Positions 25,750 to 38,327 of a stretch of DNA of 64,000 nt are shown one piece after another. Source of the stretch: Octopus sinensis (taxonomy: Eukaryota). The stretch covers positions 83,948,001-84,012,000 of the forward strand of contig NC_043000.1 of assembly GCF_006345805.1 (NCBI RefSeq), written 5' to 3'. Below the pieces are notes generated by a model. It was not told the origin of the DNA. It saw only the letters and a list, made by a program, of their open reading frames with translations, and did no database searches. How positions within the stretch are numbered: the first letter of the stretch is position 1; every line of letters begins with the position of its first letter. The position numbers and the translations under genes are program-made.

Positions 25750-26135
25750 ATTTATCTTTTACTTGCTTCCCTCATTAGGTTGCGACCATGCTGAGACACC
25801 ACCTTGAAGAAATGTCTAGTCGAATGAATCAACATCGATCATTAGATAGGTACCAATCTGGTACCTATTAGATCGGTCTATTTTGCTGAGCCACTGGGTT
25901 ACGGGGACGTAAACATACTAACACCGGCTGTCAAGCGGTGGAGGGGGATGGACATACACATACACACACATACGACGGACCTCTTTTAGCTTCCGTTTGG
26001 CAAATCCACCCACATGGCTATGGTTTGCCCGAGGCTATAGTAGAAGACATCCTAGGTGTCACGCAGTGGGACTGAACCCGAAACCTTGCGGTTGGGAAGC
26101 AAACTTCTGACCACACAGACATGTTTGCGCCTAGC
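25750..26135 (-). mobile_element. SINE family A
   Basis: Reverse complement of the family A body; contains a local 10-bp hairpin, ataggtacca-atc-tggtacctat, at 25846-25868. Confidence 0.75.
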
Positions 26136-26458
26136 GGAGGCTTGGAGAAACTGTTTATTGCAGTATAAAATAATCATTAAATATGACTAATATAACTAAT
26201 TAAAAATTAATATAACTAAGTAAACAAACATAATTAATATGACTAATGTAACTAGTATAACTAATTGACTGAGTTACTTTTTCGGGGAGAAATATTTAAC
26301 GATACGTTCAAATTTAGATTAGAGACAAAGTGTATATATTTGCATCAAGATGAGTTCAAATATGTTTGGGACATATCTGACTATTACAAAGGTCGTATTT
26401 ACTGTTGAGAAGAAACTTTGCCTTAGGCAATAGGCGTAGCACCAACAGTCATTTGATG

Positions 26459-26472
26459 GCTCCCTCTGGCGG
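26459..26472 (-). promoter_or_regulatory. Putative CTCF-binding motif
   Basis: The minus strand reads CCGCCAGAGGGAGC, close to the CTCF consensus CCxCxAGRKGGCRS, in repeat-free sequence. Confidence 0.4.
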
Positions 26473-27322
26473 AAGCAGTGAATTCATTTCTAGTGTTTTC
26501 GCTATATCAGTACCATATACTGCAGGGTTGTCTTTCTTGTTCGTTTACTCACAACACTGCTTTCGAGTTCCTGCAACAATATTTTGCTCTAGACGAGGTC
26601 GACGTCGCACGTATTCAGAACATTATTTGATACTGGTTTACTGTAAGGAAACAATGGTTTCCCAAATCATTACAGGGTTGTCCTTCTTTCGATACTTATG
26701 CTAGACAAGGAACTAGAAATGCATTCACCTCTTTCGGCAGAGGGCTCCTTGAAATGATGGTTGGTGTTTTTTTATTACCTATTGCCAAAGATGGAATTTG
26801 TTTCAACGACAAACAGCTGTGAATACGGCCTTTGTACCGGTCACCTATATCCCAAACATTGAACAAATCTAAATGTTTGTTTACTCGTAACACTGCTTTC
26901 GCGTGCCAGCTACAAAGTATATTTTTTAACTATTCTGATTATTAGCTTGCGTTTGCACATCCTGTAGAATAATGGAAACAACTTCTAAGCAAACTAGCTT
27001 TAATTCTCAGCAAAAAAATTTTGAACAAAAAGCAAGTTCTGCATCTGTTTTTTTTTTTATGGTGTAAAGATAACTGCAGATTTTCTAAAAGTTTGTAGAG
27101 AATGCATGAAATATTTAGGAGACCATAACGTTCACGCTATCATTTCCGATTACTTTAACAGTTACTCTACAATCATTGTTATCTGAAAATAAAATTGCTG
27201 CTTGAATATTTCACAAATTCAGATTTGAATATTTTCATATTTGAATAGTTAATGTTTTGATAATTGTTATATTCATCGCTGGGTAAATACGCCCCACTGA
27301 AAAGGAAACTTTTTGAGAAAAA

Positions 27323-27324
<2 letters not shown>

Positions 27325-27362
<38 letters not shown>

Positions 27363-27439
27363 TATTATTATTATTATTATTATTATTGTTATTGTTGTTG
27401 TTGTTGTTGTTGTTGTTATTATTATTATTATCATTATTA

Positions 27440-27502
<63 letters not shown>

Positions 27503-27510
27503 TATTATTA
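27325..27510. repeat. (ATT)n/(GTT)n microsatellite
   Basis: Directly visible. Confidence 0.95.
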
Positions 27511-27999
27511 TATTTTTACAAGATGTAAAGTTATAATCAGAAGAATATTTGCAACACTTTCCATAATCGCAAAATAATTTTTCGAATTACTTTCTGAAAA
27601 AAATTATATATATATTGTATGAGCAACTCGTAAAAAAATGATCTGCAAACGAAAATCATTTCTCTTCTTTTTCCACAACCCCACTTCTGTATTGAGTGAA
27701 GCTATCTTTATTCTTTACGAAATTCTCACGACTTCAGAGCCCCAAGTTGTTTTATATGCAGTAATTCAGATTCCGAGAAAACAAAGATTGTCTGCAACCA
27801 ATGCAGCCACCCACAAGTTGCAATACTTGCACGATGAATATCAGAGAATTATCTTAATTCATCACATGATTTGTAAGATATATGATTTTTGAAATAATCG
27901 CCAATCCCTTGCCATTACGATCAGTACTATGTTTGTAGAATTCTTTCACCCGGAACACTCTATATAGGATAAAACTTTATGCAGTATCTTTCGCAAATA

Positions 28000-28567
28000 A
28001 TGACATCACAATTTGTGCCCAGTCTGTTTACAGTAACACCGTGTAAAACTCAGAACACACGCATATATCTACATACTCAGCCACACACATACATAGAGAT
28101 ACACACTGCAAATACCTATTTCGCGATTGCCTGTTTCCTGATTTCAAGACAATGAACGAACCTGTCCACATGCATATGACCTATCAAAATTGTAACAAAA
28201 TATTCAAATTATACAATGCCTTCTTAGAACAGAAGAATATACCGGATAAATCAACTTAAAATGGCTAAAAAGAAAACCGATTGTTCTGTATTTGATTGCA
28301 CATCTTTAAGTAATTCTGAAGGAAGGTATTACATAAATTGTTTATGATTTCAGTATCTAGCTACTCAGGCTTAGATAACATCATTCCATCATTACAAGCT
28401 ACGACCATTACAAGCACTGACCATTATTTTATGGTTGTCAAGTCAGCGATCGCTGATAACTAGGAAATACTTCTCTAGGTCTGGGAATGAGTATGTAGAT
28501 ATATGCGTGTGTTTTGCGTTTTACATGGTGTTACTGTAAACGGACTAGGCAGAAATTGTGTTGTCAT
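28000..28567. mobile_element. MITE-like segment bounded by 80-bp inverted repeats
   Basis: 28000-28079 versus 28488-28567: 73/80 complementary by hand alignment; no TSD seen. Confidence 0.6.
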
Positions 28568-28968
28568 CACACGCACAATGGCAGAGTATATATGGTCCTT
28601 AATGTCTGAAGAGAGATTACGAGCTTCAATAGTTCTGTAGCCGTATTTGCTATTCAGACTCATGTAAACTGATATCATTAAACAAGTTACCTCTCTAAAA
28701 ACAGGTCACACCCAACGGAAAGAATACCAACTAATTAATGCCAACATTCTACCACGTGAAACAAGCTGTGAAAGAATTGATGTCGCTAAAATGTCACACT
28801 CTATACTATGCTGAGTACTGTCTACTCTCTACCTTGCGGAGAATGGCATGAAAGAATTGATACTGCTTAGATAATAAAAATACTCATGTGACTTGAAATG
28901 AACAACGAAGTCATAAAAAACACTCAAGAAAACATTTCAAGTTTCTTTTAAATTCTGTTTATTTTAAC

Positions 28969-29037
28969 TTCGAACATCTGATGATGTAGGCGTGTTCTGC
29001 ACCCTCGAAACTTTATTTAATATAGAGCTAGGTCAAA
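28969..29037 (+). ncRNA. Decayed type I hammerhead ribozyme-like motif
   Basis: CTGATGA at 28978-28984 and GAAA at 29007-29010. Helix III pairs 29011-29016 with 29022-29027. U16.1 is replaced by C, and stem II and helix I are damaged. Confidence 0.35.
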
Positions 29038-31680
29038 CTGTTATTAAATAACATTGAGTGCTTTTCTCTTTCGTTTGTTCACACATACACACACACGCGC
29101 GCGCGCGCATGGTGAGAGAGGCGACCGCCCGGTGGATGGTTTTTCAGCTTGAATTTACAAGAACATTAACCAATATACACTTGGGTGGTTTGTGAATTTC
29201 TGAATGTTGATAGTCTCAACGTAATACTCCAAGTATAAAGTAAAATTGAAACGACTTGGCCTTTAGCAAAACCAAACAACCATAAAATAATGGTCAGTGA
29301 AGCTGACTTCATTCCTTCATAAATGACAGTTCCAGTCACCTGATAATATCTAAATTAAAAAAAAATGTTATTGGTTAGTCTTTAATTATTAATTAGTATG
29401 GTGGTGATGAAGTACATGGTATAATAGAAACGGTTAAATTATATTTTTATGATATTCTCTTTGTTGTTTTAACTTATTCGAGTGTTGCAGTTCTTTTACG
29501 CATCAACATATACACATACAAGCATACACCCGTCCTACACGCATGCATTCATACATACACATATACACACATACATACATATATCCAGACGTATTGATCA
29601 GAGTATTATTTATATTTTCAATCTATAAAAGTGAATGTATGTATGTTCCAAGTTAATGTTTGTGGTACAGAGTAGGTCCACATAGTCAGATGTTCAGAGT
29701 CACGATAGAGAGAATTTAAAAGGAACTTAAAATGCCTTCTAGTTGAGTGTATGCATGTTCCATGCATGCGTGTATATATGACTATGTCTATTGTTTAAAT
29801 TTGAAGACCTCACTTTTGAACCTCGAGAGATTAAATCCTGTATAAAAGTATATCTTTGTAAAGCGAAGGACATAGGTTATGTAACTTTCAGACAAGGCTG
29901 GGTACTGCTGCTTGTAACCCTCCCTCCCCCCCCTCCACACATCTGTGTGTATATAACAAATGAGAGAAAGAGAAAATGGAATTCACGAGATTTTTTGTTC
30001 CCTCGCGAGTGAGATTCTGGGCAATTGGTTGTGGTGCATCCTTCAATGCAGATGTCTTGTCAGGTGACTTTTCAAAAGATACCTTGCTCAATAAACTCGG
30101 TTTCGCTTAGTTCCATTATAATGCAATTTCTTATTTGCCTGAGGCTGATGGTATGCAAAGTTTCGTTGTTTGGAATGACATCTGCGTGTATGTATATATA
30201 TATTTAACAATATATTACACACGCATGTAGACAAACAAACATACATACATAGATACATGCATACATACATACATATACATACATACATGCATGCAGGAAT
30301 AGAGACAGACAGACTGACAGACAAATAGATAGATAGATAGAACACGATTGGAGGCCCAGTTTGTTGAAGACGATGTATTTGCTTTTCGGTGCATTGTAGG
30401 ACAGCCAAAACTACTGGAATTTTCATGCACGACTGATTTAGAAGAACGGAAGCGTCTTCTTAAGACCATTGATAATGGTACCCACATACTCGCACATACA
30501 CCTAATATGCGTTTTCTCAGGCGCATTCATACAAATACATTCACTCACAAATACACGCTCATACGCACATATACTAGCTCGCACACAAAATGTTTATATT
30601 AAAATAGTAATTTCAAAAATAGTAGTTCATCAATTTGATTAATTGACCAAATCAGTCTTTCTCATTATTTGTGTATATATACATACATATATATTCACAC
30701 GCATACATATACAGACGATATTTACACGCATGCATACATCGATTCCTAATCTATCAAGCTTATCCCATTATCAATGTTAGGAATTAATATATACGATACT
30801 ATAATCAATACTACATATCATGTGACTGGAAGCGACATGCTAAATGTGAGGGATAAATTATAATCAAATAAAGGAAACATGAAGCCAGAAATAAACTAAT
30901 TAAGGGGGCTACATGTTAGAGTAAACCAGTAGTATTATTAGTGCATTAAAGTTTACGCTAAAAGTTTAAATGGTAACTTTGTAGACATCGTAAAACTAAT
31001 TAACGAGAAAAATATACACACAATTAGTTCATAGATTAAATACATACATTAGTTATACTAATAATTACTATCCCTATGAGATAATGCTTAAGTGCCAATC
31101 AAAGTGCCAATCCATTCCGAACTAAACAAAGTAGAAATACAGAAAGATGACAAAATAGAAGTTATACTAATCAAAGAGAACAAACCTACAGGGGGTGACT
31201 AATAATAGTAATACTAATAGTGCATTTAGGTTATATCTAATAAGCTACTTATTAGTACTATGTTAGAAGAATATAAAGTGAAAGTGTAGCTATCATATTA
31301 TTATATTCTCTTGTTGGTTAATGATATTTGATCTACGCTTAACAGTTATATTCTTTTCAGATATATACAGATTGCATATATCATTATTAACTCAATACCA
31401 TTGTGCTTTGTATATAAAAGGTCTTGCAATTTCATGCTAAATCTCTTTATCATCAAGTAATCGTAAACATGCTAAAGATGTAAAATTTGCTTTACTCTTA
31501 CTCCTAAAACTGCATGTATGATTATAATTATTTGAGGTAGCCCCAAGAGCGCGCACAGAATATTTGTATAGAATATTCTTGCTAAGACAATGGCCATAAA
31601 GTGGACACAAGGATCTATTTCTACAATTGCAGAGTTCATTTATTGCTGTTTACTGTCGTATTATGGTTTGTGTTATTATC

Positions 31681-31900
31681 CTAGCTATTTATACTGTTAT
31701 TTAGATTGTTAATTCTTGAGGTTATGCAATCAGAGGATAAATTGTTACACTTTCTATTATCGAATCTGGTTGTGTAGGCAACATTAGTTGTGGTGGAGTA
31801 GGCCAGCTTCACAGAGTGCTTGTTAAATATCTTCCAGTACGGGCTAGATGAGGGGAAATGCTTGTCCAAAGCTTTGAAAAATTCCACAGTGAGGCAGGTA
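31681..31900 (-). mobile_element. Penelope-like element fragment (RT thumb/linker), same type as the 56-58 kb element
   Basis: EFFKALDKHFPSSSPYWKIFNKHSVKLAYSTTTNV parallels FLSLIKKHFPRGHKYYKLF..HNVKVSYGCL at about 57475-57570. Confidence 0.7.
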
Positions 31901-32075
31901 ATGCGTTCAAAGTACCCAGCTCAATCTAAGGCTTCATTCATTGTTTTAGTTGAATGTTTCTTCATTAGCTTGAAAGCGCGCGCACACACACATACACACA
32001 CACACACCACACCACACACGCAAATGGTTGTGTGTGGGGTGGGATAGGTATGTATGTCTCTATGTATTCAGGGCA

Positions 32076-33283
32076 CGAGGGGTATTTGAGGACACTTAAT
32101 TATCAGTATATTACCCTCTTCAAACCAATTAAAAGGTTTTCATTTGTTTCAGATTCTCCATGGCAGATAAATACTAACACAGGAAATTAAATGACATGCA
32201 TTATTGCCATATGTGCGAAAAACAGCGACTTTCTGAATGTTGCATGATATTTTGCACACAAATTTTGGATGTAATTGGAAGACTGACAGGAAAGTTTCAA
32301 CTATATCAAAGAAAAAATTCTAAACATTCAGACATTATAAGGACACCCCAATTCCTCTAACGTGCTCAATACATTATCGATGTGGATTCTGGAAAACCAA
32401 TGAGGATCTTCAAAGAGGGACTTCAGGTGTCGGAGTAGGCTATCAGAACTGGTGTATGAAAACATTCATAACAAGTCGTATGTACTGAAGATTGATCAAT
32501 TCACGACTGCAATGACAGGAAATCCGTTTGATCCGTGCCAAGCAGTTACTTAAGAAAGTTTAAATTCCTAGGGAACATAACATGCTTTGGTTCTCTGATG
32601 GGAACAACTATAACCGAAATCAATTGTCTAACAGAAGTAACATATGTTTATGTGACAGAAGTGAAAATGTTTATGGTGCACATCTTTCTAATGTTCCCAT
32701 ACAGATGCATACTAAGTTTCTAACAGCTGTAGTCGATTTAGGATTGGTGAGTAATGAAGGTCATGTCATACCACCTCACATCTTTTGCCAGGGTCTTAGA
32801 ATTTATGCCGCTGGATACGTTGACGCACAGGAGACAGTTGTTGAGTCCTAGAAGGATAAGGTACACAGTGGAAGGTCAACAAGGCAGTACCTAGTCGCAA
32901 AACCTACATAATTCAATGAATAAATATTAGACAATCTCTACGATTATGTAATACCAAACTTGTAGCCTCCAAACTCGGCACATTTAAATGCCATGGACAG
33001 CTACATTAGGACCGTTGTTGAAAAAGAAACTAATCGACATTGTCACAGTACAGTAGCTTCATCGCCACCTTTGTTCAGAAGAGTCAGAAATGAATAAGGA
33101 CCATTTGTGAAGGTATGTCAACGATTCTGGTCCTGCTTTGAAGCAGTCATCAAAACTGAAAGTGGATTCATAGAAGGCTTATCAAGAACTTGTGCACAAT
33201 TCTTTTCTTCTTAAAATGTATCTGGTTTTGTTAGATTAGAGTTACTTTATTCAATTACCAAATACGTCCTCAGATACCTCTCG
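32076..33283 (+). mobile_element. Decayed full-length Tc1/mariner-superfamily transposon (maT/DD37D-like)
   Basis: TIRs cgaggggtatttgaggac (32076-32093) and gtcctcagatacctctcg (33266-33283), 16/18 matching. Disrupted transposase: LWFSDG..TKF.TAV..LGLVSNEGHVIPPHIF..GLRI.AAGY, and NSAHLNAMDSY (from SPDLNPMDY). Confidence 0.8.
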
Positions 33284-33386
33284 CATCTTGTGCATGCATG
33301 CATGTTTGTATGTATGTATGTATGTATGTATGTATGTATGTATGTATGTATGTATGTATGTATGTATGTACGTACGTATGTATATG

Positions 33387-33687
33387 TTGCAGACTTGTGT
33401 GTTTTGATTTATGTATTTATTCTCATCTATATAGTTGCATATCTAGAAATGCTCATATATACTTAAACGATAAACTTCTTGAAAGTTTTACAGATTTTTA
33501 CTGTTCCAGTGATGGCTTGGATCTGTAGTCCTCGAATCAGGTTTCTCCTTTTTGGTTTTGAGAAGCCTAATTTCTCAAGACTGGTATTTAGGCAGTGTGT
33601 TCATATCGCAGTGCCCACAAAATTTCAGGTGTAAACCTGGACATGTAATCTGGATAGAGTAGCTGTAGATTCCTCCATAGCTCAGCC
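33387..33687 (-). mobile_element. 3' fragment of a second RLE LINE family, inserted in (TATG)n
   Basis: Encodes AELWRNLQLLYPDY..., matching 63070-63285; its 3' UTR is shared with 62789-63060. (TATG)n lies on both sides (33298-33382 and 33688-33855). Confidence 0.8.
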
Positions 33688-34065
33688 TATGTATGTATGT
33701 ATGTATGTATGTATGTATGTATGTATGTATGTATGTATGAAAGTATGTATGTATGTATGTATGTATGTATGTATGTATGTATGTATGTATGTATGTATGT
33801 ATGTATGTGTGCATGTATGTATGTATGTATGTATGTATGTACGTATTATGTATGTACGTAGCAAAGTGAACGAAGCAAAAATGAAAATGGCAATGAAAGA
33901 AATATTTTTCCAATGACAGAAACCCCTATGTTCAAAAGATGGGAAGCAAATGACTTTATTCTTCTGTACTCTCTTTCATTCATTAGACTATGGCCACGCT
34001 GGTGCATCACACTTGAAGAGTTTATTTGAACAAATTGACATCTGTACTTGTGGCAAGGCAGGTCT

Positions 34066-34130
34066 TACGCTGAATCGTTCGCTGAATTACGAGGTCATAA
34101 ACAGGTTAGCACCGTTGATCATATATATAT

Positions 34131-34199
<69 letters not shown>

Positions 34200-34291
34200 A
34201 TAAAAACGGTTAGACAACAAATAAAGAAAGAAAGAGCGGCGTGGATTTCCACCTCGGCATCCGAAACTCGGAGTTTTATCATGGCTACATA
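34066..34291 (+). repeat. Short (TA)n-containing repeat, copy 1
   Basis: tacgctgaatcgttcgctgaattacgaggtc...(TA)n...gagcggcgtggatttccacctcggcatccgaaa recurs at 36044-36234. Confidence 0.9.
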
Positions 34292-34499
34292 ATATATATG
34301 TATACATGGTGGCTGCCCCCTCGTTATCGAGTATGGCCATTGCACGAAGCTTAATCAATGTTGTTATCGGACAATGCCTGTGCAAGAAGATTTTTTTTAA
34401 AGTGAGGAAAGACTGTGCACTGAGTCAACCCCACTCGCTAAGCAACATCAGCCATAATTCGAATAGAAGAACAAGTCAACATCATCGGTAACCACTGAA

Positions 34500-34700
34500 C
34501 CGCAGGTTTTATGTCGGAGTTATCCCAGTTACCCGAGTTACCTTCTCCTAGAAGGATGCCCTAACAAAGGCTAGGAGTCCTTCACTCCCAATGGTTTAAC
34601 TGCGCGATCGGGTATTCAGTCCGATTATTTCTATGTCCCCGCGCATGATACATCTTAAGACATTTATTGGATGGTCGTTGACTCTCAAGAGTTCCTCCGC
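34500..34700 (-). mobile_element. Possible RTE-type LINE 5'-region remnant
   Basis: The minus strand has ggcatccttctaggagaaggtaactc..actccgacataaaacc, resembling RTE/Expander 5' UTRs as I recall them. Confidence 0.3.
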
Positions 34701-34743
34701 CCATACATACATACATACATACATACATACATACATACATACA

Positions 34744-34777
<34 letters not shown>

Positions 34778-35705
34778 CATACATAACTACACACTTGCTG
34801 TTGGTGATTTCTTTTCCTTCTTCAGACTTTTCCCTTTCTCCTTTCCGACGAAGAACTATGCTTGAAAGATAAAACTGAGCGTTAAATTAATATTTTCCCT
34901 GCGAACGTCCTCTTGTTGTTTGTTATTATTAATTTTATTGTTCGTTTATTTGAATTGACTATTTACCGCACACTTACACGGACTCTCTGCGTCATCCCAA
35001 CAGATTTGGAGTACCTGATTCATGGATTTTCATACTCTACCTTTGGATTACGTTACCTTTAAATTATATAGGAGTACGTCGTTTCTGTACACACACACAC
35101 ACATACACACACACACACAGACATACACACAGGACAGACTTCTGCGTACTAAATTTAATCACGAGGCATCGGTCGGTCTAGAGCCACAGTAGAAGACACT
35201 TCCTCAAGGTGCAGCGCAGTGAGAATTAACCTGAAAGCATGTTTACAAAGAGAACACAACCAGCATGACTTACCTGTTTTTAAGCAATTGCACATTTGAA
35301 ACAATTACATAATTCAGAATAGCCAAGTCAAATTTAATTTTACTTTTCCCATTGTTAGACGTCACAGTTTCTATTACGCTGCTTTCATTCACTTTTACAT
35401 AGAACTAAGTAGTGTTTTGGGAGAGATTTCACTTCTATTTCTTCTAAGTTTAGCAACTACGTATTTCCTCCAACGATGCCATAAACACAAACATATACAT
35501 ACATACATACATACACACATACACACATACATAGGTACGCTCATATAAGACAGTAAGATGTGGAATGAAGTGCCTCGTTCAAGGGCACGACGCGCTATCC
35601 TGGCCAAGAATCTTATGATCGAAATATTAATGCCCTAACCACTAAGGTCATACACTTTCACTATATATATATTATACATGTAAGTATGTATGTACCGTGT
35701 TTGTG

Positions 35706-35736
<31 letters not shown>

Positions 35737-35915
35737 TAGATATATATATATTATAATATATACATAACATACATACATATAGATATATATATATAGATAT
35801 ATAGATATATAGATATATATGTATATATATCTGTATATATATATATGTACATGTATGTATGCATATATATCTATATGTATATACAGATATATATATATAT
35901 TATTATATATATATA

Positions 35916-35961
<46 letters not shown>

Positions 35962-35987
35962 CATACATGTACATATATATATATAAT

Positions 35988-36019
<32 letters not shown>

Positions 36020-36043
36020 TACACACATATATATGCATGTATG

Positions 36044-36103
36044 TACGCTGAATCGTTCGCTGAATTACGAGGTCATAAACAGGTTAGCACCGTTGATCAT
36101 ATA

Positions 36104-36146
<43 letters not shown>

Positions 36147-36228
36147 ATAAAAACGCTAAGACAACAAAAGAAAGAAAGAGCGGCGTGGATTTCCACCTCG
36201 GCATCCGAAAATCGGAGTTTTATCATGG

Positions 36229-36234
<6 letters not shown>
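36044..36234 (+). repeat. Short (TA)n-containing repeat, copy 2
   Basis: Near-identical to 34066-34291 apart from (TA)n length. Confidence 0.9.
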
Positions 36235-36269
<35 letters not shown>

Positions 36270-36278
36270 ATATCTATA

Positions 36279-36329
<51 letters not shown>

Positions 36330-36889
36330 TATGCATGCATGTATGTATGTATGTATGTATGTATGTATGCATGCATGCATGCATGTATGTATGTATGTAT
36401 GTATGTATGTAGTATGTATGCAGCATGTATGTATGCATGCATGCATGCAGTATGTATGTATGTATGTATGTAGTAATGTATGCATGCATGCATGGATTTA
36501 TGTATGTATGTATGTTGTAGTATGTATGTATGTATGCATGTATGTAAGTATGTATGTATGTATGTATGTATGTATAAAGCAGAGACTGTGACTATCAAAT
36601 ACACTAATCCACACACACATACACACAAACAAACATATAAGGTACACATTTTTTGTGACGACTGTTGGACTAGTGGTACAATTATATAATCTATATAGTT
36701 TATTTAAAATGTAGCATCCTTCAGATAGGCACATATGTGTGTGTGTGTATGTGTGTGTTTGTGTGTGTGTGTGTGTGTGTATGTGTGTGTGTATTTATGC
36801 GAGAGACATTTTACATATGGTTGATTACGCATGTATTCAAGCACAACACGATATATGTAAGTTTATATATTTACATCTACTACAAAAAC

Positions 36890-36954
<65 letters not shown>

Positions 36955-37248
36955 TATACACATGTAGAAAAGCGTGTTTGTGCTTATGTTCTGTGCAATA
37001 TACTATAGAAGATGGATAAAGAGTAAGCAAACAAATACTTGGAGTCTACCTACATATCTCCACCAGTTACTACTCCGTACTCCACCACCGCCGCCGCCGC
37101 CGCCGCCTCATCTATTTCAGGTTAGCTAAGTTAAAACTTGTTTACTGAATCTACTTCCGTTAGAGTATTGCAACCGCCCATCAGAACAAGTAACTATAGA
37201 AACATTTGTCTATATCAAGAACATTGGTCGGTTGGAAAACAACAACAG

Positions 37249-37266
37249 CAGCGCCCCCTGACAGGA
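37249..37266 (-). promoter_or_regulatory. Putative CTCF-like motif (3' half strong)
   Basis: The minus strand reads TCCTGTCAGGGGGCGCTG; CAGGGGGCGCT matches the consensus, but the 5' CC position is imperfect. Confidence 0.3.
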
Positions 37267-37589
37267 AAACACTGATATTTTCATCCGACTATTTGTGCGA
37301 GCGTTTGTGACTGTGTACGTGTGTGCGTGTGTGTGTACGTCTGCATAGGTGTGTCATGTATAGGTTTATCTGTGAGTTTGTGTGTGTGTGTGTATGTATT
37401 TGTGTGTGTGTATATTCATCTATGTGTGTGTATTCATCTATGTGTGTGTGTGGATGATTTATGTATAGGTGTACGTGTGTGTTGGGTGTGTTTGTTTTGC
37501 GTGCTGTGTGCCAGTCAGTGTATGAATATTTATAAGCAGGAGAGTTAGATAGACGTAGAGATACATATACGTTGATAAAGGTCTGTAAG

Positions 37590-37635
<46 letters not shown>

Positions 37636-38269
37636 TGGGTAGAGGGTGAAAAAGAAAGGGATAAGAGGGAGGGAGAGAAGGAGAAAGGGGGAGACAGTTG
37701 GGGGGAGAGAAAAATGGATGAGAAGAATAGAGAGGAAGACAGATTTGGTGTAAGAAAAATTGAAAGAAAAAATGCGTGAATGAATATGTGCGTTTGTCTT
37801 TATGTGAGTATATGCTTGGTGCGCAAGTGTGAGAGTGTTAGAAAGGAAAAGAGGGTAAAATGTGTAAGCGAGAAAAAGAACGAGAGTATATTTGAGAAAG
37901 AAAGACAGAGAGGGAGATTATTATGCGTGAGAGGCTAGTATACGGAGAAGGTGGGAGAGTATCAAGAGCAAGCTAAATATATATCAAGGTAAACGCATGT
38001 AGTTGTGCGTATTTGTATGTATACACACACATATACACACACACTCGCGCACGCACACACAGGCACACACACATATAAACATACACACACACATATATAC
38101 ATATATACATTTATATACATCTGTGTGTATGTGTGTATGTGTGTGTGTTTTTGTATATGCGCATGTATATATGAGTTTGTGTACACATTCACATACATAT
38201 AAGAAAATGAGAGAGAGGGTAAGAGAGAGAGAGAGAGAGAGGAGAGAGAGGGAGAGAGAGAGAGAGGAG

Positions 38270-38327
<58 letters not shown>

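Noticed and set aside
29167-29340. Minus-strand frame MKSASLTIILWLFGFAKGQVV resembling a signal peptide
   Set aside because: It has only 48 codons and no convincing donor, and part of it is the 24-bp inverted repeat also present at 28415.
30348-30480. ORF EAQFVEDDVFAFRCIVGQPKLLEFSCTTDLEERKRLLKTIDN resembling a PH-domain end
   Set aside because: There is no polypyrimidine acceptor, the donor is weak, the conserved Trp is missing, and the opposite strand is equally open.
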